Shown one piece after another: positions 26,252-38,500 of a stretch of DNA of 64,000 nt. Both the position numbers and the translations under genes were made by a program. The stretch is taken from NCBI GenBank assembly GCA_051294905.1, contig CM119371.1:19842001-19906000 (forward strand), read 5' to 3'. The DNA is from Botryllus schlosseri (taxonomy: Eukaryota). Under the pieces are notes generated by a model. That model saw only the letters and a list, made by a program, of their open reading frames with translations, had not been told where the DNA came from and made no database searches. Position 1 is the first letter of the stretch. Every line of letters starts with the position of its first letter.

Positions 26252-26828
26252 CAGGGTTGTTAAAAATACCTTTTATCCGGCTTCCTCGGATTCACTGATT
26301 AAATTGTTAAGTTGCCGAAAAAAAACGCTGCACACCAAACTTCGCTAGATTTCAACTGGTAGATGTGAACGCACGGGAGTTTGGATTCATAATTTCTTTC
26401 AAATTTTACTTTTAACACCACGGAAATGTGGAGTTGTATATAATTACAATGCAACACAAATTTGACGCAGTTCCAACCGGTAGAAGCGAAGTGGTTTGAG
26501 TTTTTCAGTAATAATTCTGGGAATATCTACCGTCCATGCTATTTTTGCAAATCCAAAATTTTTACCGGTAATAACTTCGTTTCGTCTGGTGCGAAGTGAG
26601 CAAAAATAGTTCATCATCGTTCTTTTAGACAACCTAACAATTTCTTGGGGTTGACAGTAACATTTGAAATTGAAATTTAAGATAAATTCCAATTTTTCAA
26701 AGCCCTGTACGCTCACATCTACCAGTTGGAATCGAGCCAAATTCGATGTCAAGCGTTGTTATAGTCAACCTAACAATTTAATCAGTGAATCAACGGTATC
26801 CAGGGAAAAATGTTTCTGAACAACCCTG
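26252..26828. mobile_element. Long-TIR MITE (Tc1/mariner-like ends) upstream of gene 3
   Basis: CAGGGTTGTT ends; imperfect inverted repeats of roughly 150 bp (GATTCACTGATTAAATTGTT and CAACTGGTAGATGTGA mirrored). Confidence 0.7.
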
Positions 26829-27141
26829 TCCCTACATAGAGAGGATATCATACGAGAATTGGATACTAAGCCGAGATAGCGCGGACCAGCTTCAGAGAGC
26901 GGGATATTATCCATTCTAAGTGTGGTTAGAATCAATCGGATTCTCTTGCCCTTTTCGTATGTAATCATCAACCAGTAGTCGGCCAAATAGGCAGGCTATT
27001 TGTTCTGCGAGTGCGTAACAGCACCCCGGAGGTAGTGAATGGAATAGTAATAATCGGGTATCCGCATTGAAATCTGTATACTTCTGCATGGTTTTATAGT
27101 TATTGCGATATGATGTGGGTCATACCCAGAGGTGTTCAAAG

Positions 27142-29643
27142 CAGGGCTTTGGAGCAGTGGTAAATCTTAAAATGCTCAAGCTCCAGCTTCGCAGCTCATT
27201 GATACGACTGCTCCGGTTACAGCTCCGACTTGGACTCCGAAAACTGTCGAATGGTTCAGTCAATAGTAGGTAACAACAGTTGCAGCCCGCACATTAAACG
27301 GTCATTTTGTGTGGTTATGGGTTATGCTAAGTCCCGTGACGTGATAATTACTACGTGTCATTTGCCGATGAAATTACAGCAACACGTTTTAATACCGTCA
27401 CTGCACTCGCTAATATCGAGCTAAACGGTAAAATAAAATCTTGAAACGGAGCGATTAGTCAAGTGCAACTGCAGCAATAGCAATATGAGCGATTACCGAG
27501 ACCTTATCGGTAGAAATTAGCTTTCTACCCAATACCCAACGGTTTAAAATTCAACCTTGGTGCGCTCGTTACCAATCCGAACGGCTTCAATCAAGTTTAT
27601 GAATGAACCAAGAATTAGCGCCGCTGAGAATCTGGTATTACATCAAAATTTACAACTTGATTCAACGACTTGCACTATGGTGCACAATGGAAAGTGTCAG
27701 TACCGAATTAAACTACATGCCTAGTTGTCCACAAGTAACACTACGCGATAATTCAAGAATACGAGTGTATCAAGCAGACAAGAATGAATATAGCTTGCAT
27801 AGCGACAATTGTATGCGGGCTATAATGGCGTGCTGGCCAGCTTTGATGCATTTCCCTATTTACATGCGTAAATATGTAGGGCCTTCTGGGGTAAACGGTC
27901 ATGCGCTGGAATGAATTTCAATTCGTAGGCGTACACAATTACGCGCTGTTTAATTTTTGGCTATCAAAATACCATCAAACAAAGTACGTGCATTTGCTCG
28001 TCTAATTCATGGAGTAGGCCAGGGGTCCCCAACACGCGGCCCGCCAGGTGTGTTTTTGCGGCCCGCAACCTGATTTCAGATTTCGGAAATATATATCATT
28101 ATTGTATTTCAAAATGCTCGAAATATTTTACTTTTAAAATCTTGATTGTTTTCGCAAAGATTTATTCCTTCGCTTTCAGTATCACCATTCTTCGCTATAA
28201 AATGGCTTTGACATTACTAACAGCGTGCTCATAAAAGACGACATGACGACGAGACTGAACCACCTATAGCCCATACACTAGAAATCAGCGAGTCATGGTC
28301 AACCTAATGCAGTGGTCATATCAAACAGTGGTCCTCGAAACCTCTAAATTGGCAAAATAGTTAGTAGTCTAATTTCGATTTGATTTTTACATTAGGAATA
28401 TTACGAGGCAGTTTCGCTTCATTACTGCTCAAAGCTCACGATTCTAATCAACAGAATGACCGCCTCAGATGAAATATCCTACTGTGCAAACTCAAATTTA
28501 ATTGCCAAATTGCCAGTAATCTACTGATACAAACATATTGCTGTTTAGAGGTGTTTCGTTGGGGTTCGTGAAAGTTGGAACAGCAAGGTCAATCAGCGTG
28601 ACTTCGAAATGTTTGCAAAAATCCACTTCTCCTGTGACATACATATCCACTATTCCAGAAAAACAATACAATGATATTATTTTCAAGAAAAGTCATTTTT
28701 TTGCTGTTTATCACTAGCCTACAGGTAATATTTGCACAAGACGGTTGTACGGTTTATTGAGCTAAATTTGAACTAAAAAGATTGATAATCACTGACCTAA
28801 TGGATCTGCCTACGTTCGCGACCGAAAGAGCATCTCCAAGCGGTATTGACACCATAAAATAAACGGCGCATCATCCTCCAGTCGCAGTAAAGCGCGGTCA
28901 GATATCGAGTGTTAGACAACAACACGCTACATTGATGTAGTTATAGTCAATATAGTGCCTTTTCACCTTTGGTAAAAGCTAATCAGGTGCCAGATATTAG
29001 GTGTAGACAATATAATCGTGCGGCCCGCGGCGTCTATCAAGTTACGAAAGTGGCCCGCGACCCATTTTGAGTTGGCGACCCCTGGAGTAGGCGGTGTTTC
29101 CGGTGTGAAGCGTGTTCGCCGTCCAAATCTGTATGCACAGCAAAGTCATGTTTTTGTACTCTGGTGTCGCTTATGTATATTCAGCTGAATACTAATTATG
29201 GTAATAGCGCAGCTCACGAAACCATCAGTACTGTTTTGTGACATGTATGATAATCATTATATTTCGAACCTCACGATTTGCCACCAGTGTTGAGCTGATG
29301 ACGAAATTACGGGAATGACGAATACCCTCAATGCAGTAATTATTGATTAAGACCGGGTTATCTAACCCATGTGTGGTGCCTATGTATGAACAATAACTGA
29401 GCATGGCTAGTTAGAAAAGGAATTGCCAGAGAGGCAACAATTACTAGCTTTGAGAACGGGTAGGCCTACCGTAAAATTATGTGAATTCAGCCAATAGTAG
29501 TAATACATCCGGGCCGGAGCTACTTTTTAAACAAGCGAATCCAGCTCCACTTGAATTTTATGTAGAGCTCCGGCTCCAGCTCCGATTCCACTGAAAATGC
29601 ATGAGTCCGGGGCTCCGGCTCCGGCTCGGGATCCGAAGCCCCG
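27142..29643. mobile_element. hAT-type element with the same TIR type as 41261-42904
   Basis: CAGGGCTTTGGAGC...TCCGAAGCCCCG; TSD GTTCAAAG; sits in the end of a CAGAGGTG-family element starting at 27127. Confidence 0.85.
28020..29084. mobile_element. hAT MITE nested in 27142-29643
   Basis: CAGGGGTCCCCAAC/GTTGGCGACCCCTG TIRs; TSD GAGTAGGC. Confidence 0.9.
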
Positions 29644-30829
29644 GTTCAAAGTAGTCGGAGTTGGTATTTAAGTACAAGTAGAACAAACTCCGTAAATTGC
29701 TACACGAATAAACGTAGAAGTAACTAACCAAGTCAAATGTGGTTCAGTGCAGCATAAAAGATTTTTATGTACCAGGAAAGTAGTTTTAAGGGGACTGTAA
29801 ATTCAAAAACCGAACTTGCGGATGACTACCCCATCACCACGAGATTTTCACAGTCGGTAGATGTCGCTATGCTGCATACAAAATGGTTCTACTCTGGCAT
29901 ATTGTGGAACACGGAAAATGCAATATCTCAAAATTGTGAAGCCCTTTTCCCGATCTAACGTCGTCTTTAGGAAGTACTAGGACAGTGCTGTTTCATGCTA
30001 AAATTTTAAGGATTATATGCTACCCATCTCGGAGAAATTTCATTTCGAAAATTAAAAATTAAAATATTTGTCATAAATTTGCTGTAAGCTTGCTGTGAAA
30101 TTCTGCAACTCTTGGCATGGAAAACGATGCAGTAACCTTACCAGCATTGAATTTGGCATCATCTGTTTTGCCCGACTCTGATACCCGGGTCAACTTTATT
30201 CACAGTGAATTCTAAAAAGTATCAGTTGCATCCCTACATACACGAGAAGTATCAGCAACACCTGTAGATAAATATATCACCATAGCGGCAGGAAAATCAG
30301 CAATCAACAATCAAACCGATATTTAGTTTTGCGTTGGACCCGTGTGAACTTCACCGTACTGCGAGTTCCGCGTGATCTGTCAAGGTCCAAGCATATCAAA
30401 TGATCACCAGTTCGCCTCTTCATATGCCTTCAAGTTTCCGTATATTTATCCCACGGAACAAAGGCAGGGTCATCCGTTCAAAATTGTGTACTTACTATAA
30501 CCATACTTTAGTTCAATATAACTGTGTTAGATACATAAGACAATTGTATGCAACAGCTTTTAGGCAAAATTAGTTAGTTGTTGTACTTCGGATTCTTTCA
30601 TTTTTGGCAGATAGCCTACTTGCTTTACTTTCGTGAGTGAAATTGTCATCACAACTCAGCGGTATTGACCCTGCATCACCGTAGCTGAATGCATTTTCAT
30701 AGTTCGCACCTGTTTATAGTGACATACGTCATTTTTGCTGCGAAGAATGACCCTGAACCCTGACCACCTACCGTTAACTGCAAAAAGTGTGCCGCCCATG
30801 AACCGAATATAATCTGACGTATATACATG

Positions 30830-31330
30830 CATTAAAGATCGAACTGGTTCTAGTCTGCGTCCCTAGCCGTAAGGGCATCCGTGGCAACGAAAAAGATGAT
30901 GAAATTGCACGGAGGGCAGCCTTGAGGCCACTCACACGTGATGAAACCCTCCAGCAAAAAATAACTCCGAAGGAAATGAAATCTCACATTACCGATATAC
31001 GTCGGGAAAAGTGGATCGGTCACACGAATGTCAATGACGACGACTCGCAATATAGAAAAATTATTACAGTTATCAGTGACATGAAACCAATCACTAAGTT
31101 GTCTCGCAGAGAAGCCGGAATTCTGATTAGATTGCAGACTGGTCATTCTAGGCTGAACGGCCATCTCCACAGAATGAAATATCACCAAAATGGCCGGGAT
31201 CGCTGCCCTAAGTATGACCGTGCCAGGATGAATCTAATTCAGACCGCGGAGCGGAATAAAGTACCATTACCCCCTGAGTCTTTAATCCCCTATCCGCATT
31301 TTTTTTATCAAGATTTAAATTGTATATGGG
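30830..31330 (+). mobile_element. Fragment of an RNase H-bearing non-LTR retrotransposon (I-group-like)
   Basis: VPSRKGIRGNEKDDEIAR (decayed WVPSHxGIxGNExADxLA), LSRREAGILIRLQTGHSRLNGHL, CPKY. Confidence 0.8.
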
Positions 31331-32386
31331 ATACTACAAAAAGCTTGCCTTCCGAGCTGTGTGCAGCTTGGCGAAATAGCCTTGTTGTTCAGCGAACTTG
31401 CAGTTCTTCTGAAATCCGCCTACCCTTGACCGAATGTATGTCTTCCTGCTTTTGTCATAAAACTGACTTCAATTATACTCCTTAAACACGGCGACCTGCT
31501 CGACGCCAACTAGTAAAATGCCGGGTTGACCCATGACTCCAGTAAACAAATACTTAGTGCTCCAAACCTTCTATGAATTTCAGCATTCGGCTTTCTTTTT
31601 TTTGACATGCCTGTTCATCCTTTAGGGAGGATGATGACTCATAGTAATCACGGGCACTGATTGACTTGTTTTACGACTTACGTATTTTGAAACGTATCAC
31701 GTAGCAATTTGAAGACCTTGTAATGCGTAATGTAACAATGGCAAAAACTAAGGTTTAGTGACTTCTTGTGACTTTAATTGATATGGCATAATTTGCTACA
31801 TTGACTTTTTTCGAATCTGGATTATATATGCGAGGTATTAGGTATGCTTCGTAATCACTGCCTATTAATAAACAGGCTTGAAGGGGAACGAATTTTTGAT
31901 ACAGTTTATAAAACGTATAATTTTAGTCCACGTAGCAACATTAAAAGGTAGATTTACTGTTGTTAATTCCAGGCAACTTTTTGCGGGTCGCACTTTGCCC
32001 AGGTCTGCTCTCAACTGTACCTTGTATCTATCTCCTAATGGCTCTTCCAATTCATAAGTAAAACTCTTTGAATGGAATTGATTTGTATGTAACCATGCGC
32101 AACGATCATATCAATTTTCAGGCAACTTCTCCAATCGGCGGGCAAGATATAGGAAAATTAAGTAGTCGGCGGGCCGGATTGCTGAATCGATACATTATTG
32201 GCCCATTTATCCACATATACAAAGGGTAAATCGTATTTAATGAATGTATTTTAACGACAGCATTGTCACTTCAAAGCCATTTCTCGCCGATAATGACGAA
32301 GACAATGTGGATTTGAGAACAGCATTGTCATACAGGCGCCGCCATGTGTGCTTCTCTCTGATCAATCAACGCACGGTGCAATAGTG

Positions 32387-33150
32387 GCGAGATAGCGTAG
32401 TGCAGGGCTGGCCAACCTTTTCAGCCAAAGGGCCACATTCGATTGACGAACTGTTGCGCGGGCCAATAGCCGCGCGAAGCGCGAATTTTTTTTGAAGTTC
32501 ACAGGTCAATAATATTGTCTCCTGACTATATTGCGGGCCCGCTGTATATCGCTGGGCTCAGCTTGCAAGGACTGGGCTATTGGCGTCTGGATCATCGATA
32601 TCGAAAGTTTCGACCAACATGCGTCAATCATTCTGTGCCTATAGGTTTCATAGTCGACGGTCTTTCTGCGAGTGCAAACGCAAAAGTCGCATATGTTTAA
32701 CGACACTCTGTCTCGTAATCGCGAATATAGTTCGATTCAAACTGATACATTAGGCTTTCTTTCATTTTCACAAAGGGGCAACAATATTAAAAGCAAGAAA
32801 TCGAGTGACAACATGTTGCGCGAAGCGTGTAGAAAATTTTTACTTTTGATAAATCTATCGCAAATTATTCTGCTTTATTGTAGTCTACGAATATCTACCA
32901 ATATGTGACTGGCTCATGGATCTGCCAATGCGTCGGAACTGATATTTTAGTCATCACATCTCAAGGGTGGTGGCCAGACTAATCAAATTTTTGGTTGGCC
33001 TCACAAGTTCACAATCTGTGCAATTCATTTTTGATAACATTAGAAATTTCGGAAATTTACTCGCGGGCCACGGGTTGGCCGGCCCTGGCGTAGTGGTATA
33101 ATCCATAGCTACAACATCAATGGGTGTGGGTTCGAGTCCGGCCGAGGTCG
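32387..33150 (+). mobile_element. tRNA-derived SINE head (or tRNA pseudogene) interrupted by a MITE
   Basis: Removing the MITE gives A box TAGCGTAGTGG and B box GGTTCGAGTCC at tRNA-like spacing. Confidence 0.6.
32403..33087. mobile_element. hAT MITE inserted in a SINE A box
   Basis: CAGGGCTGGCCAACC/GGTTGGCCGGCCCTG; perfect TSD GCGTAGTG. Confidence 0.9.
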
Positions 33151-33517
33151 GCTCCAGAAATACTACCGAAGTGTTGGATGTTTATCTAGGCGTCACAAGA
33201 CCAAACTCCGTTACAATTTAACATTCCAGGCTTATTTTAGGGGGTTCCAGGACCACGAGCAGATTAAAATTTATTTTTTCACGATCAGTACCGTGGTAGC
33301 TTACGATTGATACCCATTTTATCAAATTTCGTGCTCGGCAAGCCGGTCAAAAGTTACCGTGAAATTGCCTTTGGCCAAATTGAAAGTGTGACGTAGACCA
33401 ATTTCACTGAGCCGTGAGATTTGCTTGTGTCCACACCAAATAGGACACTATGGTGCACTCCTCAAGTAAGATTTCAAGGCATTCGATAAGCCCGGTACCC
33501 CAAATTTAACAACATAT

Positions 33518-33668
33518 TGTAGCGACTCTACAAGGCGCGCTCGTCGATCGTGTGATTATTTGATTGCCAATTTGTGAATGTTTGCGCGTCCCTCTTCAAT
33601 GCATGCATGTTGATGCGTTTACTCGCCAGTTACTAACTTCGCTCGCAATAAACGGAGCTCTCGCTTCA
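33518..33668 (+). repeat. Outer Gypsy 5' LTR
   Basis: TGTAGCGAC...CGCTTCA, contains AATAAA, identical to 43289-43439. Confidence 0.96.
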
Positions 33669-33669
33669 T

Positions 33670-33683
33670 TGGTGACCCCGACG
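33670..33683 (+). promoter_or_regulatory. tRNA-Trp primer-binding site
   Basis: TGGTGACCCCGACG, complement of the tRNA-Trp 3' end, 1 nt after the LTR. Confidence 0.9.
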
Positions 33684-34135
33684 AGCAGGAACGTATTCCT
33701 GCACTACGAGCATGGATCAGCAGGCAGGCAAGCAGAATGCGGTAGCTGTTAAGCTTCCAACCTTTTGGGCAGAGGAGCCACGAGTTTGGTTTCGACAGGC
33801 GGAAGCACAGTTCGCCTTGAAAGGAGTAACTGCAGATGTAACCGAATTCTATTACGTAGTTTCAGCTTTAGATCAGACCACAGCAAAACGACTGATAGAA
33901 CTCTTGGACAATCCTCCACTGGCAGAGAAGTATAACACGATCAAAAGCAAGTTATTACAGTCTTTTGCCTTGTCTCCACAAGAGCGAGCTGCACGTCTGT
34001 TAAATATGTCACCTCTTGGCGACAGAAAACCGACAGAGATGATGGACGAAATGCTCGCACTGCTAGGAGATCATCACCCCTGCTTCCTTTTCAAACACTT
34101 ATTCTTACAGCAAATGCAGGAAAACATACGGATAG

Positions 34136-37100
34136 TGTCGTAAACTGACTATTGCGTTGAATAACTAACTGAAGCTTTATTAAAGCAAAGGTAACCAATG
34201 TGGCTTTAAGCAACATAGAACACTACTGACAGCAGAACAGAAGAGAATAGAATGACACGGTAACGATAAGGCGACACTGTACTGTACAACGTAACTAATC
34301 AGATGAAAGTAATTATTGCCTAATTGCGGATCACCACATTCTACCCCCCTTGCATTTTGTAAATTCACATATAAAAATGACAAAAGAATATCAATGACTA
34401 ACAAAATGACCATACCGATCCGGCTGGCGCCTAACTCTAGTTGAACGCCGAAGCTCGACGTCTAGATTTCTACTCGAATCATCTGGTACATCCTCTGGAT
34501 GGTTAGATTCTTGAGGCTCTTCATCAGATGACTTCAACTCAACGTTAGAAACTTCGCGACTTGGCTCGTGGCCATCGATATCAACAGGACAAGGTTCAGC
34601 TTGTTTCGTTTCAGGATTAGTCGACGGTGTTTCTTCTCCAGTAGGAAAACGGGCCAAATCATTGAGTGAGACGTTGGACTCACGGCCGTTAGGAAAACGA
34701 ACACGTGCGTAAGTTTGGTTGGCTTCAAGAAGTTCGACCTCAGAACATAGTTCGTCGCCCTTGTTTCTGACGAATTTGCGTAAGAAAACTGGCCCCGGTG
34801 TCAATAGCCAGGATGGCACGCTATTCCCCACCATACTTTTTCTTGGGAAGGAAAAGAATCGGTCATGCGGTGTTGAATTAGTTGACGTGCAAAGTAGCGA
34901 TCGAACTGAATGTAACGCATGAGGAAGGGCGTCAGCCCAACATGATTCTGAGACTCCCGTTGATTTCAAAATGAGTTTGATAGTTCGCCATAATGTTTGA
35001 TTAAGGCGTTCGCACTGCGAATTTCCTGTTGGGTGGTAAGGCGTAGTGAAGCTAGTTGCAACCCCGCAAGAATGTAAATAATCCTTGACTTCCTTGGACA
35101 CGAAAGCGGTGCCTCGGTCACTGTGAACGTATCCCGGAAGTCCAAAAACAGCGAATAGTGTCGACAAACACGAAACGACGGTTAGCGCGGAAGTGTTGCG
35201 ACATGGAAAGGCGAACGGAAAACGACTATATTCGTCTATGACAACGAACATGAAAGGGGATTTGTTAGATTTCAAAGGCCCTTTGAAGTCTACGTTGATT
35301 CTTTCCCAAGGTTTCGTTGCTTTCACAAGCACTTGCGGATTGCATTTGTAAAAATTTGGTTTGATTTGAGCACAAATGCGGCAACGAGCGCAGGTCTCAC
35401 GGACGTCATTTAGGGAGAACGAGAGATTTTTCGAACGAACGAAATGATGCAGCCTTGTGACTCCTGGATGACCCAGAGTGTCGTGTATGCGATTTAGATT
35501 AGAACCTAAACTCACAGGGTGAAATCGATGCGCAATACGAAGATGTGGTCCGCGAAAACATATCAGCCGCAACATTCAGTGCCCCCGGTTTGTGTACGAT
35601 ATCATACGAAAGTTGACCAAGTTCGACACGCCACAGCTGGATTTTTGTATTTTTGATTTTACCTTTAGATTTGCCGTCAAACATGAACGCGACAGATCTC
35701 TGGTCAGTAACAAGAGTGAAATGTCTGCCATGTAAAAAATGAGCCCATTTACGAACTGCCGCGATAATTGAGGACGCTTCTTTCTCAACAGAGGAGTAGC
35801 GTATTTCACTTGGCGATAGTGCTTTTGACATGAACGCGACCGGTCGACCGTTTTGACTAAGGATAGCTGCAATGGCTGCATTAGAAGCATCACACTCTAT
35901 TGTGAACGGACTTGTCTCGTCGATCCTACCAAGAGACGCGTCAACTAACTCGCGTTTTAAATCGTTAAAGGCGATAGATGCATTTTCGGAAAGCGGAAAT
36001 TTTTCGACTGAACACAAAGGACGGATTTTGTCGGAGAAGTTTGGCAACCATTTGGCATAGTAGGCAAACATGCCACACACTCGTTTTAGTTCTGGGTTGT
36101 TGCGTGGCGGCAATAAATCGATTAGCGGCTTTAGTCTTTCTGGGTCCGGTTTGATCACGCCATGCGACACGCGATAACCGAGCAAGTCTAATTCCGTAGA
36201 ACGGATGATCGACTTCGAATGATTGAAAGTGAGGCTGTATTGCTGAGCAGCATTGAGAAACGCGTCGAGATTCCGATCGTGGTCGTCCTTATCCATACCG
36301 CAAACAGTAATATTATCCAGATAAGCGAAGGTGCCGGTGAGCTTGTTGTCTTTTATGACGTTGTCTATTATTCTTTGAAATGCCGAAACTCCGTTGGTGA
36401 CTCCAAATGGCAATCGACGGTATTGGTAAAGATTTCCAGCGGCTTCGAATGCCGTATACGGGCGATCATCAGGTGATAGTGCCACTTGATAATACGCGGA
36501 CTTCAGATCTAACGTACTGAAAACTTTGAAACGGGCGATGTTGTTGACTTGGTCATCGATCCTTGGTAAAGGATAGGCGTCTAGTAAGGTATACCTGTTG
36601 ACCGTCTGAGAGAAGTCGATGACCATGCGCTTCTTGTGTCGACCGTCATTTACAACAAGAACCTGTGCTCGCCAAGGCGATGAGGACGGCTCGATGATTC
36701 CTTCCTTCTCGAGTTTCGCAACTTCCGCTTAATGAAATGTAGATCGGCTTCGCTGTATCTTCTGGATTTAGTGGCAATCGGTTTACAATTCGGTGTCATA
36801 AACTTGAAAATTTGCGGTGCTTCGACACACGCTTGAGCAACTCCGCATACACTGTACTTCTGATCTCGAGGGAGTTCCAAGGTATCTCTATCTCCGCCCA
36901 TATTGAAAATGACTCGTTTATGCAAGTTCATGAAATCGAGACCAAGCACCACATCAGCGCATAAATCTTCCATTCCTTTAAGAGGGAATTCCGTATATTT
37001 CGTTTCGTTTACAAGAATGTCCGGTCTCTAGAGTTCTTCAATCTTGCAAGAATGGGATTTGGAAGCAAATGAAACCGTAGAGGAGTACGGAGTGGATTTC

Positions 37101-38281
37101 AGGTCAATTTCGTTGGCGTATCCAGTGCTTATGAAGCTTTCCGCGGAACCGGAGTCGATTAAAGCAAATGTTATGTGGCTGCCGATCTTAACCACGATTC
37201 TTGCTTTTATGAGACATTTGGGTACTCCGATGGCGCTGAAGTATGATATCATTGCAGTTACTGTTCTCCTGTTGTCGGTGGCCTTTCTCATGCAAACCAT
37301 TTCATAATGACCTAGGACTCCACAATAGCCACACTCGCTCCGTTTCGCTGGACATTTATATCGGGAGTGGAATGTCTGACCGCAAAAAAAGCACTTCCGA
37401 TCAGGTTTGATTGTTTTGCTCATTGCGTTGAGTCGACTGTGAGTTTCTGCGGATGATAGTTCGACTTCAGGATTCAAAGATTTTTTTAGCGGTTCGACGC
37501 CGACAGATGAACATGGAGTGCTGCAATAGATACTAGAGCTTCGCTGGGCGAATTCTAATGAGCGGGCTTTTGAGATCGCCATTTCGAGGGTTACAGCCCC
37601 GTCACTTTCTAATAACCTCTGTCTGATAACGTTTGATCGGAGACCAGTAACGAAAGCGTCGCGGATGGACTCCTTGCGATGATCTTCCGCCGAGAGAGTC
37701 TTGAATGTGTAATCCTTCGCTAGATCTGCCAAGGCGCGGGAAAATTCCTCGATCGTCTCTTCGGGCTTCTGAATACGGGTTACTAGCATGTGGCGGACGA
37801 AGATTTCGTTCTTTTGCTTGATATAAATTTTTTCGAGAAGTTCTATTGCGGTATCGTAAGTCGAACTTTCTTCAAAATAGGAATAGACAGACGACGACAC
37901 GAAATTCGTTAAGATCTTCAGCTTGTCGATCTGTGTATCTTGATCAAATGATGAAAGAAAATTATCGAAGGTCTTCTTCCAGTGCTTATACTGTTTTTCA
38001 GCGGAGGCGGAGTCCGGACTGATATCGAGCTTGTCTGGTTTCAGAATCCTTTCTGCCATAATTCTATGTTGCTTAAATTGTCGTAAACTGACTATTGCGT
38101 TGAATAACTAACTGAAGCTTTATTAAAGCAAAGGTAACCAATGTGGCTTTAAGCAACATAGAACACAACTGACAGCAGAACAGAAGAGAATAGAATGACA
38201 CGGTAACGATAAGGCGACACTGTACTGTACAACGTAACTAATCAGATGAAAGTAATTATTGCCTAATTGCGGATCACCACA
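34136..38281 (-). mobile_element. Nested Ty3/Gypsy LTR retrotransposon (inner element, 4146 bp)
   Basis: 203-bp LTRs (34136-34338, 38079-38281) with one mismatch, GATAG TSD, PPT AAGGGGGGTAGAA next to the 3' LTR. Confidence 0.96.
34391..38059 (-). pseudogene. gag-pol: Inner Gypsy gag-pol (probably one ORF originally), three lesions
   Basis: Two Cys/His knuckles, LIDSGS protease, YLDN RT, CDAS/TDQR RNase H, HHCC + VDFKGP/HSDRG/SQCER integrase; in-frame TAG 37028-37030, frameshifts near 36730 and 35500-35570. Confidence 0.93.
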
Positions 38282-38500
38282 GATAGTGCTGGCAAAAGAG
38301 GATCTAGATAACCCCCGAGATTTGGCTCCGCGGGCTGATCAAATGTGGCTATCGAGATCCAGCGATTACAGAATTAGTAAATTGAGTAAGAACAAACCGA
38401 CCAGTCCTAATACGATGGAAACGGTTTCAAACTTCTGCTTCTACCATCGGCGATTTGGCAAGAAGGCACGACAATGTTGCCCTCCCTGTGCTTGGCAGCA

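Noticed and set aside
33088..33145. Functional tRNA gene
   Set aside because: A box split by a MITE and no convincing cloverleaf or T-run terminator; treated as a SINE head
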